Source of the DNA: a virus
Taxonomy: Duplodnaviria; Caudoviricetes
Strand: one strand, 5' to 3'
Length of the DNA stretch: 64,000 nt
IMG/VR virus record: IMGVR_UViG_3300034044_000048
Coordinates: 2,245 to 66,244 of that record
Shown: positions 48,260 through 57,373 of the stretch, in pieces
How the letters are laid out: each line of letters begins with the position of its first letter
Position numbering within the stretch: the first letter of the stretch is position 1
The notes under the pieces: generated by a model
Database searches by the model: none
Told to the model about the DNA's origin: nothing
What the model saw: the letters and a program-made list of their open reading frames with translations, nothing else
Position numbers and translations under genes: made by a program

Positions 48260-51200
48260 AACAGATGCTGAATTTATTCAGTTACAAGAAGAGCTTAAAA
48301 TTGATAAAAACAGCTTATTGGTAAGAACTGCTTTATGGATTAAAGAAAACAATTCAGACAGATACCCAACACCTAATGAATTGAAAAAGTTTTATGAAGA
48401 TAATTTTGATGTAATTCCTTTTGAAAAGGCTGTTAAAGACTTTTTTAATGAGAAAAAACAAACTATAGAAAAATCAGAAGATTTTTTAATTGAGTTTAGC
48501 TCTAAATTGACTTCTAATTTAGGTCTGAAAAATAACATAATTGAATTTATAACACCTGAAAATGCAAAAATATTAACTCAAGATAGTAAAAATCCATATA
48601 CAAATCAAAAATCTTTTTTTTATAAAGGGAAAATCTATTTTGTTAAAGGCAATTTTAATTTTGAAACTGTTATTCATGAGTTTTCACACATTTTTGTTAA
48701 AGCTATCTCAATTGATAATGAAAAATTATTTAATAAACTTTTTGATGATATAATAAAAACAGATAAAGGTAAATTATTTTTAAAAGAATCCTTAGAAGAA
48801 TATCCAGGTCTTACAAAAAACCACTCTCAAATAAAAGAAGAAGTTATTGTAAAAACAATTACTGATTATCATTTAAATAATTCTAATGAAACTAAAAATA
48901 TTATTGATAGAATTATTTTTGCAATAAAACAATTAATAAGAAAAATATTTAAAGTTAATCCTAAAAATCTTTCATTAAATACATCAATTAAAGAATTATC
49001 TGAACTAATAGTTGATGGTTCTTGGAATGTAAACATGAATGTAATATCAGATTCTAATATTGTTTCTTATTTAAGTGAATACAAAGAAAGATATAAAAGT
49101 TTTAAAAAAGCTTTTGAATCAGAAGAAGGTAGAATGGCTATATTGCATCAATTAACTCTAAATTCTAAAATAGTAAGAAATCAATTAAAAAGATTATCTG
49201 AAACTGAAGACAATATAAAAGAACAATTAACAGAAACTTTCACTACACTATCAGATGAGTTTTTATTTGATGTAATGCAGTCTAATATAGGAAAACAATT
49301 AGATAGTAGAGAAAAAATAAAATTAGCAGCTTCAGAAAAAATTGATGAATTAAAAGAGTTTGAGAAAAAAATTGAAGCTCTTGCTTTTAATTTAGATACT
49401 TTAGATGAGATGTTAATAAATATAGAAAGTGATATAGCATATATGAAAACATCTCCAGGTTATATAGAAAATTTAAAAAAGACTGCTTTTTATGATGAAA
49501 GTTTAGACCAATGGATTAAATATTTAGAAGAATTTAAACTCAATTTAGAAGATTCAAATGTTAGCATAGTATCTGCTCTTTATAAAGATATATCTGAACT
49601 GCAAGATAAGGCTACTATTTTAAAAAGAAAAGCTAAAAAAATATATGAAAAAGGTATGGGAAAAACTTTAAGTGAAGTTTTTGAACCTACTAAAGATAAA
49701 ATGCTTGAACATTTTAATGAACAAATAGCAGAAAAAGAAAAACAATTAAAAAAAGTTAAAAAAGGTACTAAAGTATATGATCTTTTAGTTAAAGATATTG
49801 AAGGTTTAAAAAAAGTTATTGAAAGAATTAATATTGATCCAGAAGAAATGATAAAACATTTAACTGGTAAAAAAGGAGATATTGGTTTTTTACATGCATA
49901 TCTTGAAAATTTCTTATCAAATCAAGATCCTTCAATTGCTTCATTTGCTTTATTTGTCAAAGAACATTTGAGTAATACACAAGCTAAAGTTCATAATGAT
50001 TATTCAGAATTTCTTACAAAAATATCACCTAAGTTAAATAAACTAGGAGTAAAACCTTCAGAAATGTCAAAATTTGCTAAATTGTTTTTATTTACTGATA
50101 AAACTTATAAGTATAATGATGATGGAGAAATTGAAGAATTTGAAGTTTTAACTTATTTAAATGAATATCAGAATTATAAATATACATTAAAGAAAATTAA
50201 TCACGAATTAGAAAAAGCTAATTTAAATTATGATAGAAAAAGAACTCCTGAAAATTTAAAAAAACTTGAAGAAATTCAAAAGTTAAAAGACACACATCTT
50301 GATTTGTTTTTTAAAAAGAAATTTGTTGATGAATTTTATCAAGCAAATAAAATATTAGATAATTCAAAATATGGAGAAGAATTAAAAAATGAAATAGAAA
50401 GAATCTTTTCAGAAATTAGAATGTATCAAAGTTCACATCCAGATCCTCATGTTGTTTATGATGATTATGAAATAGTAGAATCTTTATTATCAGAATATAA
50501 ATCTTTATTTAGTTTACATGACAAATATGGTAATAAAAAAACAGGTGAAGAGTTAGAAAAAGCTGAAATTTTAAACAAATGGAGAAATGAGAAAAATAAA
50601 TTTTATAGATGGGAAACTAAACATGGAGCTTTTAAATCTGCTTATGAGAATTTTATAAAAAAATTAGAAATCAGTTTAGAAAAACAAAATATTAAAAAAG
50701 GTTCTGAAGAATGGGATATTGAGTACAATAAACAAAAAAAAGAATGGGAAAGATTAAATCTTTCTACAAAGATAAAAGATTCTTTTTATGAAGAAAGATC
50801 TAAAATATTAAGTTTAATAAATGAAATATTAGGAAGAGAAGAACAAGATCTTCCGGAGTATTATGAAGACATTATTGACAATTTAAATCCTGAAAAAGAT
50901 TCTGATGGTATTCCTAATGGAACCATAATGACAGAAGAAAAATTAAAAAATATTTTAGAATTAAATAAAAAAGCTGAAGAACTAAGAGAAATTTCATCAC
51001 AAAATACTTTATCTTTTTCAGAAAAAAAAGAATTAAATTTATTAATTAGAAAATTAGCAAGCGGTAAAACATTAACTGAAAAAGAAATAAAAAGAAAAAA
51101 AGAATTAGAACAAAAAAATAAACCTTTAAGTAAAGCTTTAAAAACTCAATTAAATATTTTGTATCAAAAGTTAAATAAATTACAAGAAAGAACACCAACT

Positions 51201-53813
51201 AATTATTATTATGATATTTTAAATAACTTTTATAGAAAGATCCAAATAGCTGATGGAGTAGAAGATGGGGATATAGAAGTAATTACAAGCGACAACATTA
51301 AAAAATTCAAAAATCCATTTTTTATTGAAAGAATTTTAGAAAAAGATGAAGAATTTAAAAATTGGTTTTTGAATAATCATTATGAAAAAGAAGTATTTAA
51401 TACTAAAACTTTTGAAAAAGAAATTATATATGAACCTTCACATGCCTGGACTTATGTTAAACCAAGAGATGAGAAATATTATGAAAAAACTGAAATATTA
51501 GAAGAAGATGGTATAACAGTTAAAGAAGTTTTACATGGTGTACCTAATATGAAATATAAGGAAAAAATAGTTAAAGATGAATACTATGTAGGATATGATA
51601 AAGAAACAGGTAAAATAGATAATTCAGTTTGGAAAGATGTTCAAGGTAACCAATTACCTAAATCTTTAGAAGAAATGGAAAAAGTAGATAAAGATTTACT
51701 TGATGAACATAATATTGAATTAGAAAAGTTTTTTGGAAATAAATTTTCTTATGATCATTACATTAACAGAAATTATTTAAAATTAAAAGAAGAAAATGAT
51801 ACAAGATTTGAAGTATTAGAAGAATTAAAAAATTTTCATTTAAAAAATCAAGAAAAAGCTCATAAACATGCAAGATTAGGTTATGAATTACCAAGATTTA
51901 GAAAAACTACTGATCAATATATATTAAATAGTTCAACTGATGATGATAATAAATCAATAGGTGGAAGATTATGGGGTGGTATTTCTGCAAAATTTGTAAA
52001 AAAGGCAGATGATTTTGAAGAAGTAGGTGCTAATTTTGATTCTGAAGCTTTATATGTTGATTTAGATATATTTGCTAATGATAATGTTAAAATACCTGTA
52101 AGAGGTAAGTTTAATTTACCTATAGATCAAGTTAATTTAGATGTTATAGGCTCTACAATGGCATATTATTTATCAATTGAACAACATCAAACTTTATCTA
52201 AATTGCATCCTTTTGCTAGAGCTATGTCTAGATTATCTGAAGAAAACCCTGTTGATATTAAAAAAGTTTTAATTAATAGTTATACTAAAAGATTAATACC
52301 TGGAAAAACTAATAATAGAAAAGAAGTAATTGAAGCTATGATTGCTATGACCTTTGAAGGAAAAAAATTAAAAGATAGCAATAATAATGCAACTTTAATT
52401 AGAATCATGAATACTATGTTAAAGACAGCTTCTCATACTTATTTTGCTTTAGATGTTCAATCAGCTGTAAAGAACTATTTAGGTGCTAGATGGCAAATTT
52501 CTCAAGAATCTTTTAGAGGAAAATATTACACATATAAAGATTATGTAAAAGCAAGACCTTGGGCTGTAAAAACATCAACTCAAATATCACAAGAAATATA
52601 TAGTACAACTGCTAAATCTTTAAATGTACAATTAACGGAAGTTTTTGATGTTCCTCAAGGTAGAATGACTTCTAAATTTGGAGAATCTCCTGGGAGGTCT
52701 TTAAAAAGAGATGTTTTTAATTTTACTTGGTTTACTTCACACAGAAAATGGTTAGAATTAGAAGCAAGTTTAGAGCAATTTGGAGCATTGATGAATGCAA
52801 CAATGATAAAAATTAAAACAGAAGATGGAGAAAAGGAAATAAGTTATTTAAAAGCTTGGGAAATAGATGAAAAAGGAAGACTTAAATTAAAAGAAGGAAT
52901 TGATAAAAAATATGATATTAATGGTTCTGAATTTAATAGACTTAAACATTTAAATCATGAACTATCTAATAAAAAACAAGGGGCTTATGCAGAATTAGAA
53001 CAACCTGCTGCTTCAAGATATTTAATGTTTAGACCTGTAATAGCTTTAAAAAAATATTTTAGTCCTATGTTGATAGATAGATGGGGTCATGTAAATTTAA
53101 GATGGGAGTCTGGTCTTAGAGCGGATCCTAGAATTAATCTAGGAATGGGTCAAGAGCATATGGGTTGGTATATTCAAAATTTAGTAACTTTTTCAAAATT
53201 AATTGAAAGTAGATTCAAATATGCACTTACCATGACTAAAGAAGAAAAAAGAGCTTTAATGTTAGGAGCTTTAGGTGTGCTAAGATTAAAAGTTTTCTCT
53301 TTAATATTAACCCTTCTATGGGATCTTACTGATGGAATGTGGGGTTGGGATGATGATGATGAAGATAGAAATGATAAATTAAAAGCTAGAAGTGGGGCTC
53401 TTCCTTCTTTTTGGACAGAAGAAAAATATACTAAAGATTTTAATGTAGTCGGTTGGTTATCTTCTCATTTAACTCTTATGGCTATTGAAGCTCAATCTGA
53501 ATATGAAAATTTTATACCTTTACCAGGATATGGTCTTAATTCTCAATATCAAACAGTTGCAGAAGATTTTTCTATTGCTTTTGGAGGTTCTATAAAAATT
53601 TATAGAAATATATTGGAAGATCTATATTTTACAGCTACAGGAAATAAAATAGTTGAATATCAAAAAAAAGCCGGTGTTATGAAGTTTCAACAAGAGGGTT
53701 CTAATAAATTTTGGGCTGATTTTTGGAGATTAGTTGGTGTAAAAGAAAAATACTTCGATCCTTCAAAAGGTATTAAAAATAGACATTCAATTTCAACCTC
53801 ATATAGAAGATAA
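48243..53813 (+). CDS. Large ejection/cargo protein with N-terminal zincin and C-terminal hydrophobic helix
   Basis: HEFSH (48675-48689) plus EEVIV; ALMLGALGVLRLKVFSLILTLLW near the C-terminus; last gene of the plus-strand block. Confidence 0.65.
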   Translation: MKCAIKTDAEFIQLQEELKIDKNSLLVRTALWIKENNSDRYPTPNELKKFYEDNFDVIPFEKAVKDFFNEKKQTIEKSEDFLIEFSSKLTSNLGLKNNIIEFITPENAKILTQDSKNPYTNQKSFFYKGKIYFVKGNFNFETVIHEFSHIFVKAISIDNEKLFNKLFDDIIKTDKGKLFLKESLEEYPGLTKNHSQIKEEVIVKTITDYHLNNSNETKNIIDRIIFAIKQLIRKIFKVNPKNLSLNTSIKELSELIVDGSWNVNMNVISDSNIVSYLSEYKERYKSFKKAFESEEGRMAILHQLTLNSKIVRNQLKRLSETEDNIKEQLTETFTTLSDEFLFDVMQSNIGKQLDSREKIKLAASEKIDELKEFEKKIEALAFNLDTLDEMLINIESDIAYMKTSPGYIENLKKTAFYDESLDQWIKYLEEFKLNLEDSNVSIVSALYKDISELQDKATILKRKAKKIYEKGMGKTLSEVFEPTKDKMLEHFNEQIAEKEKQLKKVKKGTKVYDLLVKDIEGLKKVIERINIDPEEMIKHLTGKKGDIGFLHAYLENFLSNQDPSIASFALFVKEHLSNTQAKVHNDYSEFLTKISPKLNKLGVKPSEMSKFAKLFLFTDKTYKYNDDGEIEEFEVLTYLNEYQNYKYTLKKINHELEKANLNYDRKRTPENLKKLEEIQKLKDTHLDLFFKKKFVDEFYQANKILDNSKYGEELKNEIERIFSEIRMYQSSHPDPHVVYDDYEIVESLLSEYKSLFSLHDKYGNKKTGEELEKAEILNKWRNEKNKFYRWETKHGAFKSAYENFIKKLEISLEKQNIKKGSEEWDIEYNKQKKEWERLNLSTKIKDSFYEERSKILSLINEILGREEQDLPEYYEDIIDNLNPEKDSDGIPNGTIMTEEKLKNILELNKKAEELREISSQNTLSFSEKKELNLLIRKLASGKTLTEKEIKRKKELEQKNKPLSKALKTQLNILYQKLNKLQERTPTNYYYDILNNFYRKIQIADGVEDGDIEVITSDNIKKFKNPFFIERILEKDEEFKNWFLNNHYEKEVFNTKTFEKEIIYEPSHAWTYVKPRDEKYYEKTEILEEDGITVKEVLHGVPNMKYKEKIVKDEYYVGYDKETGKIDNSVWKDVQGNQLPKSLEEMEKVDKDLLDEHNIELEKFFGNKFSYDHYINRNYLKLKEENDTRFEVLEELKNFHLKNQEKAHKHARLGYELPRFRKTTDQYILNSSTDDDNKSIGGRLWGGISAKFVKKADDFEEVGANFDSEALYVDLDIFANDNVKIPVRGKFNLPIDQVNLDVIGSTMAYYLSIEQHQTLSKLHPFARAMSRLSEENPVDIKKVLINSYTKRLIPGKTNNRKEVIEAMIAMTFEGKKLKDSNNNATLIRIMNTMLKTASHTYFALDVQSAVKNYLGARWQISQESFRGKYYTYKDYVKARPWAVKTSTQISQEIYSTTAKSLNVQLTEVFDVPQGRMTSKFGESPGRSLKRDVFNFTWFTSHRKWLELEASLEQFGALMNATMIKIKTEDGEKEISYLKAWEIDEKGRLKLKEGIDKKYDINGSEFNRLKHLNHELSNKKQGAYAELEQPAASRYLMFRPVIALKKYFSPMLIDRWGHVNLRWESGLRADPRINLGMGQEHMGWYIQNLVTFSKLIESRFKYALTMTKEEKRALMLGALGVLRLKVFSLILTLLWDLTDGMWGWDDDDEDRNDKLKARSGALPSFWTEEKYTKDFNVVGWLSSHLTLMAIEAQSEYENFIPLPGYGLNSQYQTVAEDFSIAFGGSIKIYRNILEDLYFTATGNKIVEYQKKAGVMKFQQEGSNKFWADFWRLVGVKEKYFDPSKGIKNRHSISTSYRR

Positions 53814-53823
53814 AAATCCATTC

Positions 53824-53863
53824 AAAAAAAAAAAGGGGGTAAGCTTAATAGCCTACCCCCTTG
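53824..53863. terminator. Terminator between the convergent late and early blocks
   Basis: A run + ggggtaagct-taat-agcctacccc hairpin; the long U tail is on the minus strand. Confidence 0.75.
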
Positions 53864-53954
53864 TGTTAATTTTAAATTTCCAAAATAATATTATTATTTT
53901 ACACTTTATAATATTCTTCAAAAACTGAAGAGTTTAGAAATATAGTATTATTTT

Positions 53955-54329
53955 TTATGGAATCATTCCCATTGATTCCATTTCTTTATAATCCATAAAA
54001 ATGATTTTATTATCACCAATGTTTATTTCATTTCTATCAAAAAATTCTTTTTTTATAACAGCTAGATTACCTGTTCTATAAGGATTTTTCATATCTTCTG
54101 TTTTTTCAGGATCTATTCCTATCACTACAATTCCTAGTTTTGTATATAATTCACATTTTTCACAAGGTTTTTCTGAAATACCTACTACTTTATTATGTAA
54201 TTCTTTTATTTCTTGAGCCTTTTTTTCTGTTAATATTTGATTCATTACTAGTGGTCCGTCCATTTCTTTTAAACAAACAGGACATAATTCTTTTGTTAAA
54301 GCTACTTCTAAATTATTATTATTTTTCAT
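53955..54329 (-). CDS. Hypothetical zinc-binding protein
   Basis: 124 aa with CPVC and CEKC. Confidence 0.6.
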   Translation of the reverse strand: MKNNNNLEVALTKELCPVCLKEMDGPLVMNQILTEKKAQEIKELHNKVVGISEKPCEKCELYTKLGIVVIGIDPEKTEDMKNPYRTGNLAVIKKEFFDRNEINIGDNKIIFMDYKEMESMGMIP

Positions 54330-54666
54330 CTTTTATTATTTTTATTTCTATTTTATTTTTATCAACAGCTTTTATTAATTCTCCAATATAAGCTATTTTA
54401 TCTGGTTCTAAAGAACTTAATTTTTTAGAAATTTCTAAAATCCCTTCTTCTACCATTCTTGATATTTCTTCATCTTTTTCCCAAATAGTATTAATGTAAT
54501 TATCACAAACTTTTGAAATTTGTGTTTCAAACCTTTTACAACTGTTTTTTAAAGAAGTTTTATAAAAATTTGTATTTTGTAAATCATCTAAACTTTCATG
54601 TAAAATTTGTGAAGCTACTAATGCTGTTATTAAAATAAGTGATAATTTTTCTTCTTTTTCATTCAT
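54319..54666 (-). CDS. Hypothetical protein
   Basis: 115-aa ORF tightly packed in the operon. Confidence 0.55.
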   Translation of the reverse strand: MNEKEEKLSLILITALVASQILHESLDDLQNTNFYKTSLKNSCKRFETQISKVCDNYINTIWEKDEEISRMVEEGILEISKKLSSLEPDKIAYIGELIKAVDKNKIEIKIIKDEK

Positions 54667-54833
54667 ATTAAATTAAATTCTTTTAAAAAATAAATAACAG
54701 GAAAAGATATTCCTATTACACCTATTATTTTAAGTAATATTTTAATTAACAATTTAGAATCTATTTCTGCTAAAATCCAAAACATAGATTGTATCATTGC
54801 TATTATCATTACTGTTATTATCATTATTTTCAT
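54663..54833 (-). CDS. Small two-helix membrane protein (absent from the ORF track)
   Basis: Manual translation MKIMIITVMIIAMIQSMFWILAEIDSKLLIKILLKIIGVIGISFPVIYFLKEFNLI*; fills the gap and has an ATGA overlap with the next gene. Confidence 0.6.
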   Translation of the reverse strand: MKIMIITVMIIAMIQSMFWILAEIDSKLLIKILLKIIGVIGISFPVIYFLKEFNLI

Positions 54834-54835
54834 AG

Positions 54836-55219
54836 TTATTTAAAATTTTTTGTTGTTTTAATATATATATAAGTCCAAACACCTCTTAATAATAAAAACA
54901 ATAAAATATTTTCATAAATTGATAAAATATATTTTTGATTTATTATTAAAATTGCTAAAATGATTATTATACTTGAAGTTATAAATTTAATAAGTTCATT
55001 AAATCCAGTTAAAAAACTAAAAAAATAGACTGAACCTAAAAATTTATTACCTTTTTTAATAAAAGGTTTTTTGTATTTATTTTTCCAAGATTTAGTTGGA
55101 TTAAAGTATTCATCATTTAAGTTTTTAAAAGCTGATTTTTTATATCTAAAACTTATCACTTCTTGAACTGCCAATAACATTGCTGTTATTCCTAAAAGGG
55201 TTGATATAATTATTTCCAT
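54836..55219 (-). CDS. Membrane protein
   Basis: 127 aa with several hydrophobic segments and SWKNKY motif. Confidence 0.55.
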   Translation of the reverse strand: MEIIISTLLGITAMLLAVQEVISFRYKKSAFKNLNDEYFNPTKSWKNKYKKPFIKKGNKFLGSVYFFSFLTGFNELIKFITSSIIIILAILIINQKYILSIYENILLFLLLRGVWTYIYIKTTKNFK

Positions 55220-55317
55220 TTATTTTTTTTTTAAAATTATTAATATTTTTTTTATTATGTGTTTATAAATATAAAACACTTCTTTTGAAGTACTGTATTG
55301 TTTATTTTCTAAATTCA

Positions 55318-57300
55318 TTAGAATAAAGTTAATTGATTTTCTTTGTTACTTAATATGTTATTTATTTCATCATATATGTTTTTTATATAATAAGAGTTTT
55401 CTATTTTATAGTCTTTCCATTCTTTTTTTTCTACTTTATTAAATATTTTGCTTAACCATCTACCACTTTCAACTTGTATTTCTCTACCGTCTGTTTTATT
55501 GCATTTAATTATTTTACTTCCTTCTTTTGATACATAATACCTAATTACTTTTTGTTGCTTCTTTTTTTTATAGATTCCTTTTTCAATATATCTTTCTTCA
55601 AAATACCAATCTCCTTTTATTTTTTTACCTATACAATAATCAAATATGTTTTTATTTTCTTCTATTGTGGTTTCTGGTGTTTTATTTAATAAAAAGAAAT
55701 TATATACAGCTTTTCTTATTATTAATGAACTTTTATTTTTATGAAGAGGAATTTCTTCAAAAGCATATCTTCCTTTACATTTAGTTTTTGCTTCATAATA
55801 TTTACCATTTTCTTTTTTCATTAATGAAAATTCTGTTCTTTTTTCATATTTTTCTTTTGTTATTTCTTCATAAGGATGTACACCTATATAATTATTTACA
55901 TCACTTAATATTATTTTTTGATAGGTTTCATGTTCTAACACCATTTTAGTAAGAGTTTCCCAGTTTTTACAAATTTCCATATATTTATCTTTTTGATTTC
56001 TAGGTATATGCATTTCTAATCCATCTGTGTTAATCATTATAAGTTTAGAACCTGGTATTCCTTCTAAAAGTCGTTCATATAACATTAATAAGGATAATTG
56101 ACCATTTATTGTATTTCGCATTGTAAATTCAGGATCATATAAAAAAGAATGTTTCTCATTACTTAAACCATAAGTTGCATTTAAAATAATTTTATAGATG
56201 TAATTTCTTATATCTGTTTTTGGTATTTTAATTCTTTCATTGTAAAACCATTCATATAAGTCATAAAATATTTTATTTGGTATATGAGCAGGAGACCATT
56301 TATTTCTTATTGATAAATTTGGATAATACGATTTTACATCAGAAGACATAATAATTAAATCTTCATTTTCTTCATATATACCCTGCTTTGATGCTCCATG
56401 AATACCACCTAAACCAAAATCTATAGTTACATCTTCTTGTTTTAAACTTAATTTAATTGCACCCTTCATTTTTAAAGGGTCTATTATTAAACTTTTAAAT
56501 TTTTCATGAATTACTTTAAAGTTATTTCTTTTAAAGGTTATATAAGGTAATATAATGTCTTTTACTACTATTTCTTTTCTATAAGTTTTCTTATATTTAA
56601 AATATTTTTTAGGCTTATTTGTTTTCTTACTTAAGAAATGTAGAAATAATTCTTTTGAGATTTTAGGTTCTGATGCACTATATAGATTTATTTTATATTG
56701 TTTACTTAATTTGTTTCTTAAATTTATTTCTTTTTTTGAAAGATATAGAATATTTTTAGTTGCCTTTACATCATTAATACAATAATTAATTATTTCATCA
56801 ATTTGATCTTGGGTTTCAATTTTTGTTGAATGATGGATAGGCATATCTTTTAAATTATACCAATCCATTGAAAATTCAATCCATTTTAAAGAACTTCTTT
56901 TTTGTGGATTATCCCAATGATTTAGTTTAAATAAATCTAATTGTAAAATTCTCATTTTAAATTCAGGATAATCTAACCATTCTTTATTTTTTGATTTTTT
57001 GATTACTTTTTGTGAATATTTATAAATAATATTAGCTAATTCTTCATTTTTTAATTGTGAAAAGTAAAGTTCATTATCTAATATAAATTCTGTGATTTGA
57101 CTATCAAAAGCTAATCCATTAAAATGTATATGTCTTTCTTTATTTTTAATATTTGTTTTTAAAAAATCTAAAAAAGGAATTATTTCATTTTTAAATTTAT
57201 CAATTCTGAAGATTTTTATTTCATCAGTTTTATGTTCTATAAATACAGCACAAAAACAATTGACTAAAGTTTCATAATCCATTACCCAATGTTTTTTCAT
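55318..57300 (-). CDS. polB: Family B DNA polymerase with 3'-5' exonuclease
   Basis: Exonuclease motifs DYET, FNGLAFD, YCIND; polymerase motif A DVKSYYPN, motif B KIILNATYG, motif C NTDG. Confidence 0.9.
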   Translation of the reverse strand: MKKHWVMDYETLVNCFCAVFIEHKTDEIKIFRIDKFKNEIIPFLDFLKTNIKNKERHIHFNGLAFDSQITEFILDNELYFSQLKNEELANIIYKYSQKVIKKSKNKEWLDYPEFKMRILQLDLFKLNHWDNPQKRSSLKWIEFSMDWYNLKDMPIHHSTKIETQDQIDEIINYCINDVKATKNILYLSKKEINLRNKLSKQYKINLYSASEPKISKELFLHFLSKKTNKPKKYFKYKKTYRKEIVVKDIILPYITFKRNNFKVIHEKFKSLIIDPLKMKGAIKLSLKQEDVTIDFGLGGIHGASKQGIYEENEDLIIMSSDVKSYYPNLSIRNKWSPAHIPNKIFYDLYEWFYNERIKIPKTDIRNYIYKIILNATYGLSNEKHSFLYDPEFTMRNTINGQLSLLMLYERLLEGIPGSKLIMINTDGLEMHIPRNQKDKYMEICKNWETLTKMVLEHETYQKIILSDVNNYIGVHPYEEITKEKYEKRTEFSLMKKENGKYYEAKTKCKGRYAFEEIPLHKNKSSLIIRKAVYNFFLLNKTPETTIEENKNIFDYCIGKKIKGDWYFEERYIEKGIYKKKKQQKVIRYYVSKEGSKIIKCNKTDGREIQVESGRWLSKIFNKVEKKEWKDYKIENSYYIKNIYDEINNILSNKENQLTLF

Positions 57301-57321
57301 ATCTTTTTTTTTATTAAAACC

Positions 57322-57349
57322 AAAAAAAGACCTAAGTATTTAGGTCTTT
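57322..57349 (-). terminator. Terminator/attenuator hairpin just upstream of polB
   Basis: aaagacctaa-gtat-ttaggtcttt with a U tract on the minus strand. Confidence 0.7.
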
Positions 57350-57373
57350 AATTGGTTCATGTTTAACTAAAAA

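Noticed and set aside
55220-55318. 32-aa minus-strand ORF (MNLENKQYSTSKEVFYIYKHII...) resembling the start of a GIY-YIG homing endonuclease after polB
   Set aside because: Too short, with no second YIG motif, and it runs into homopolymer tracts; at most a remnant and not supportable.
31494-57300. Introns or inteins in the RNAP or polB
   Set aside because: Both ORFs are continuous with normally spaced motifs, and I saw no intein C/S...HN-C/S/T boundaries or LAGLIDADG motifs. The terminal-Cys junctions also lack split-intein (HN) signatures.
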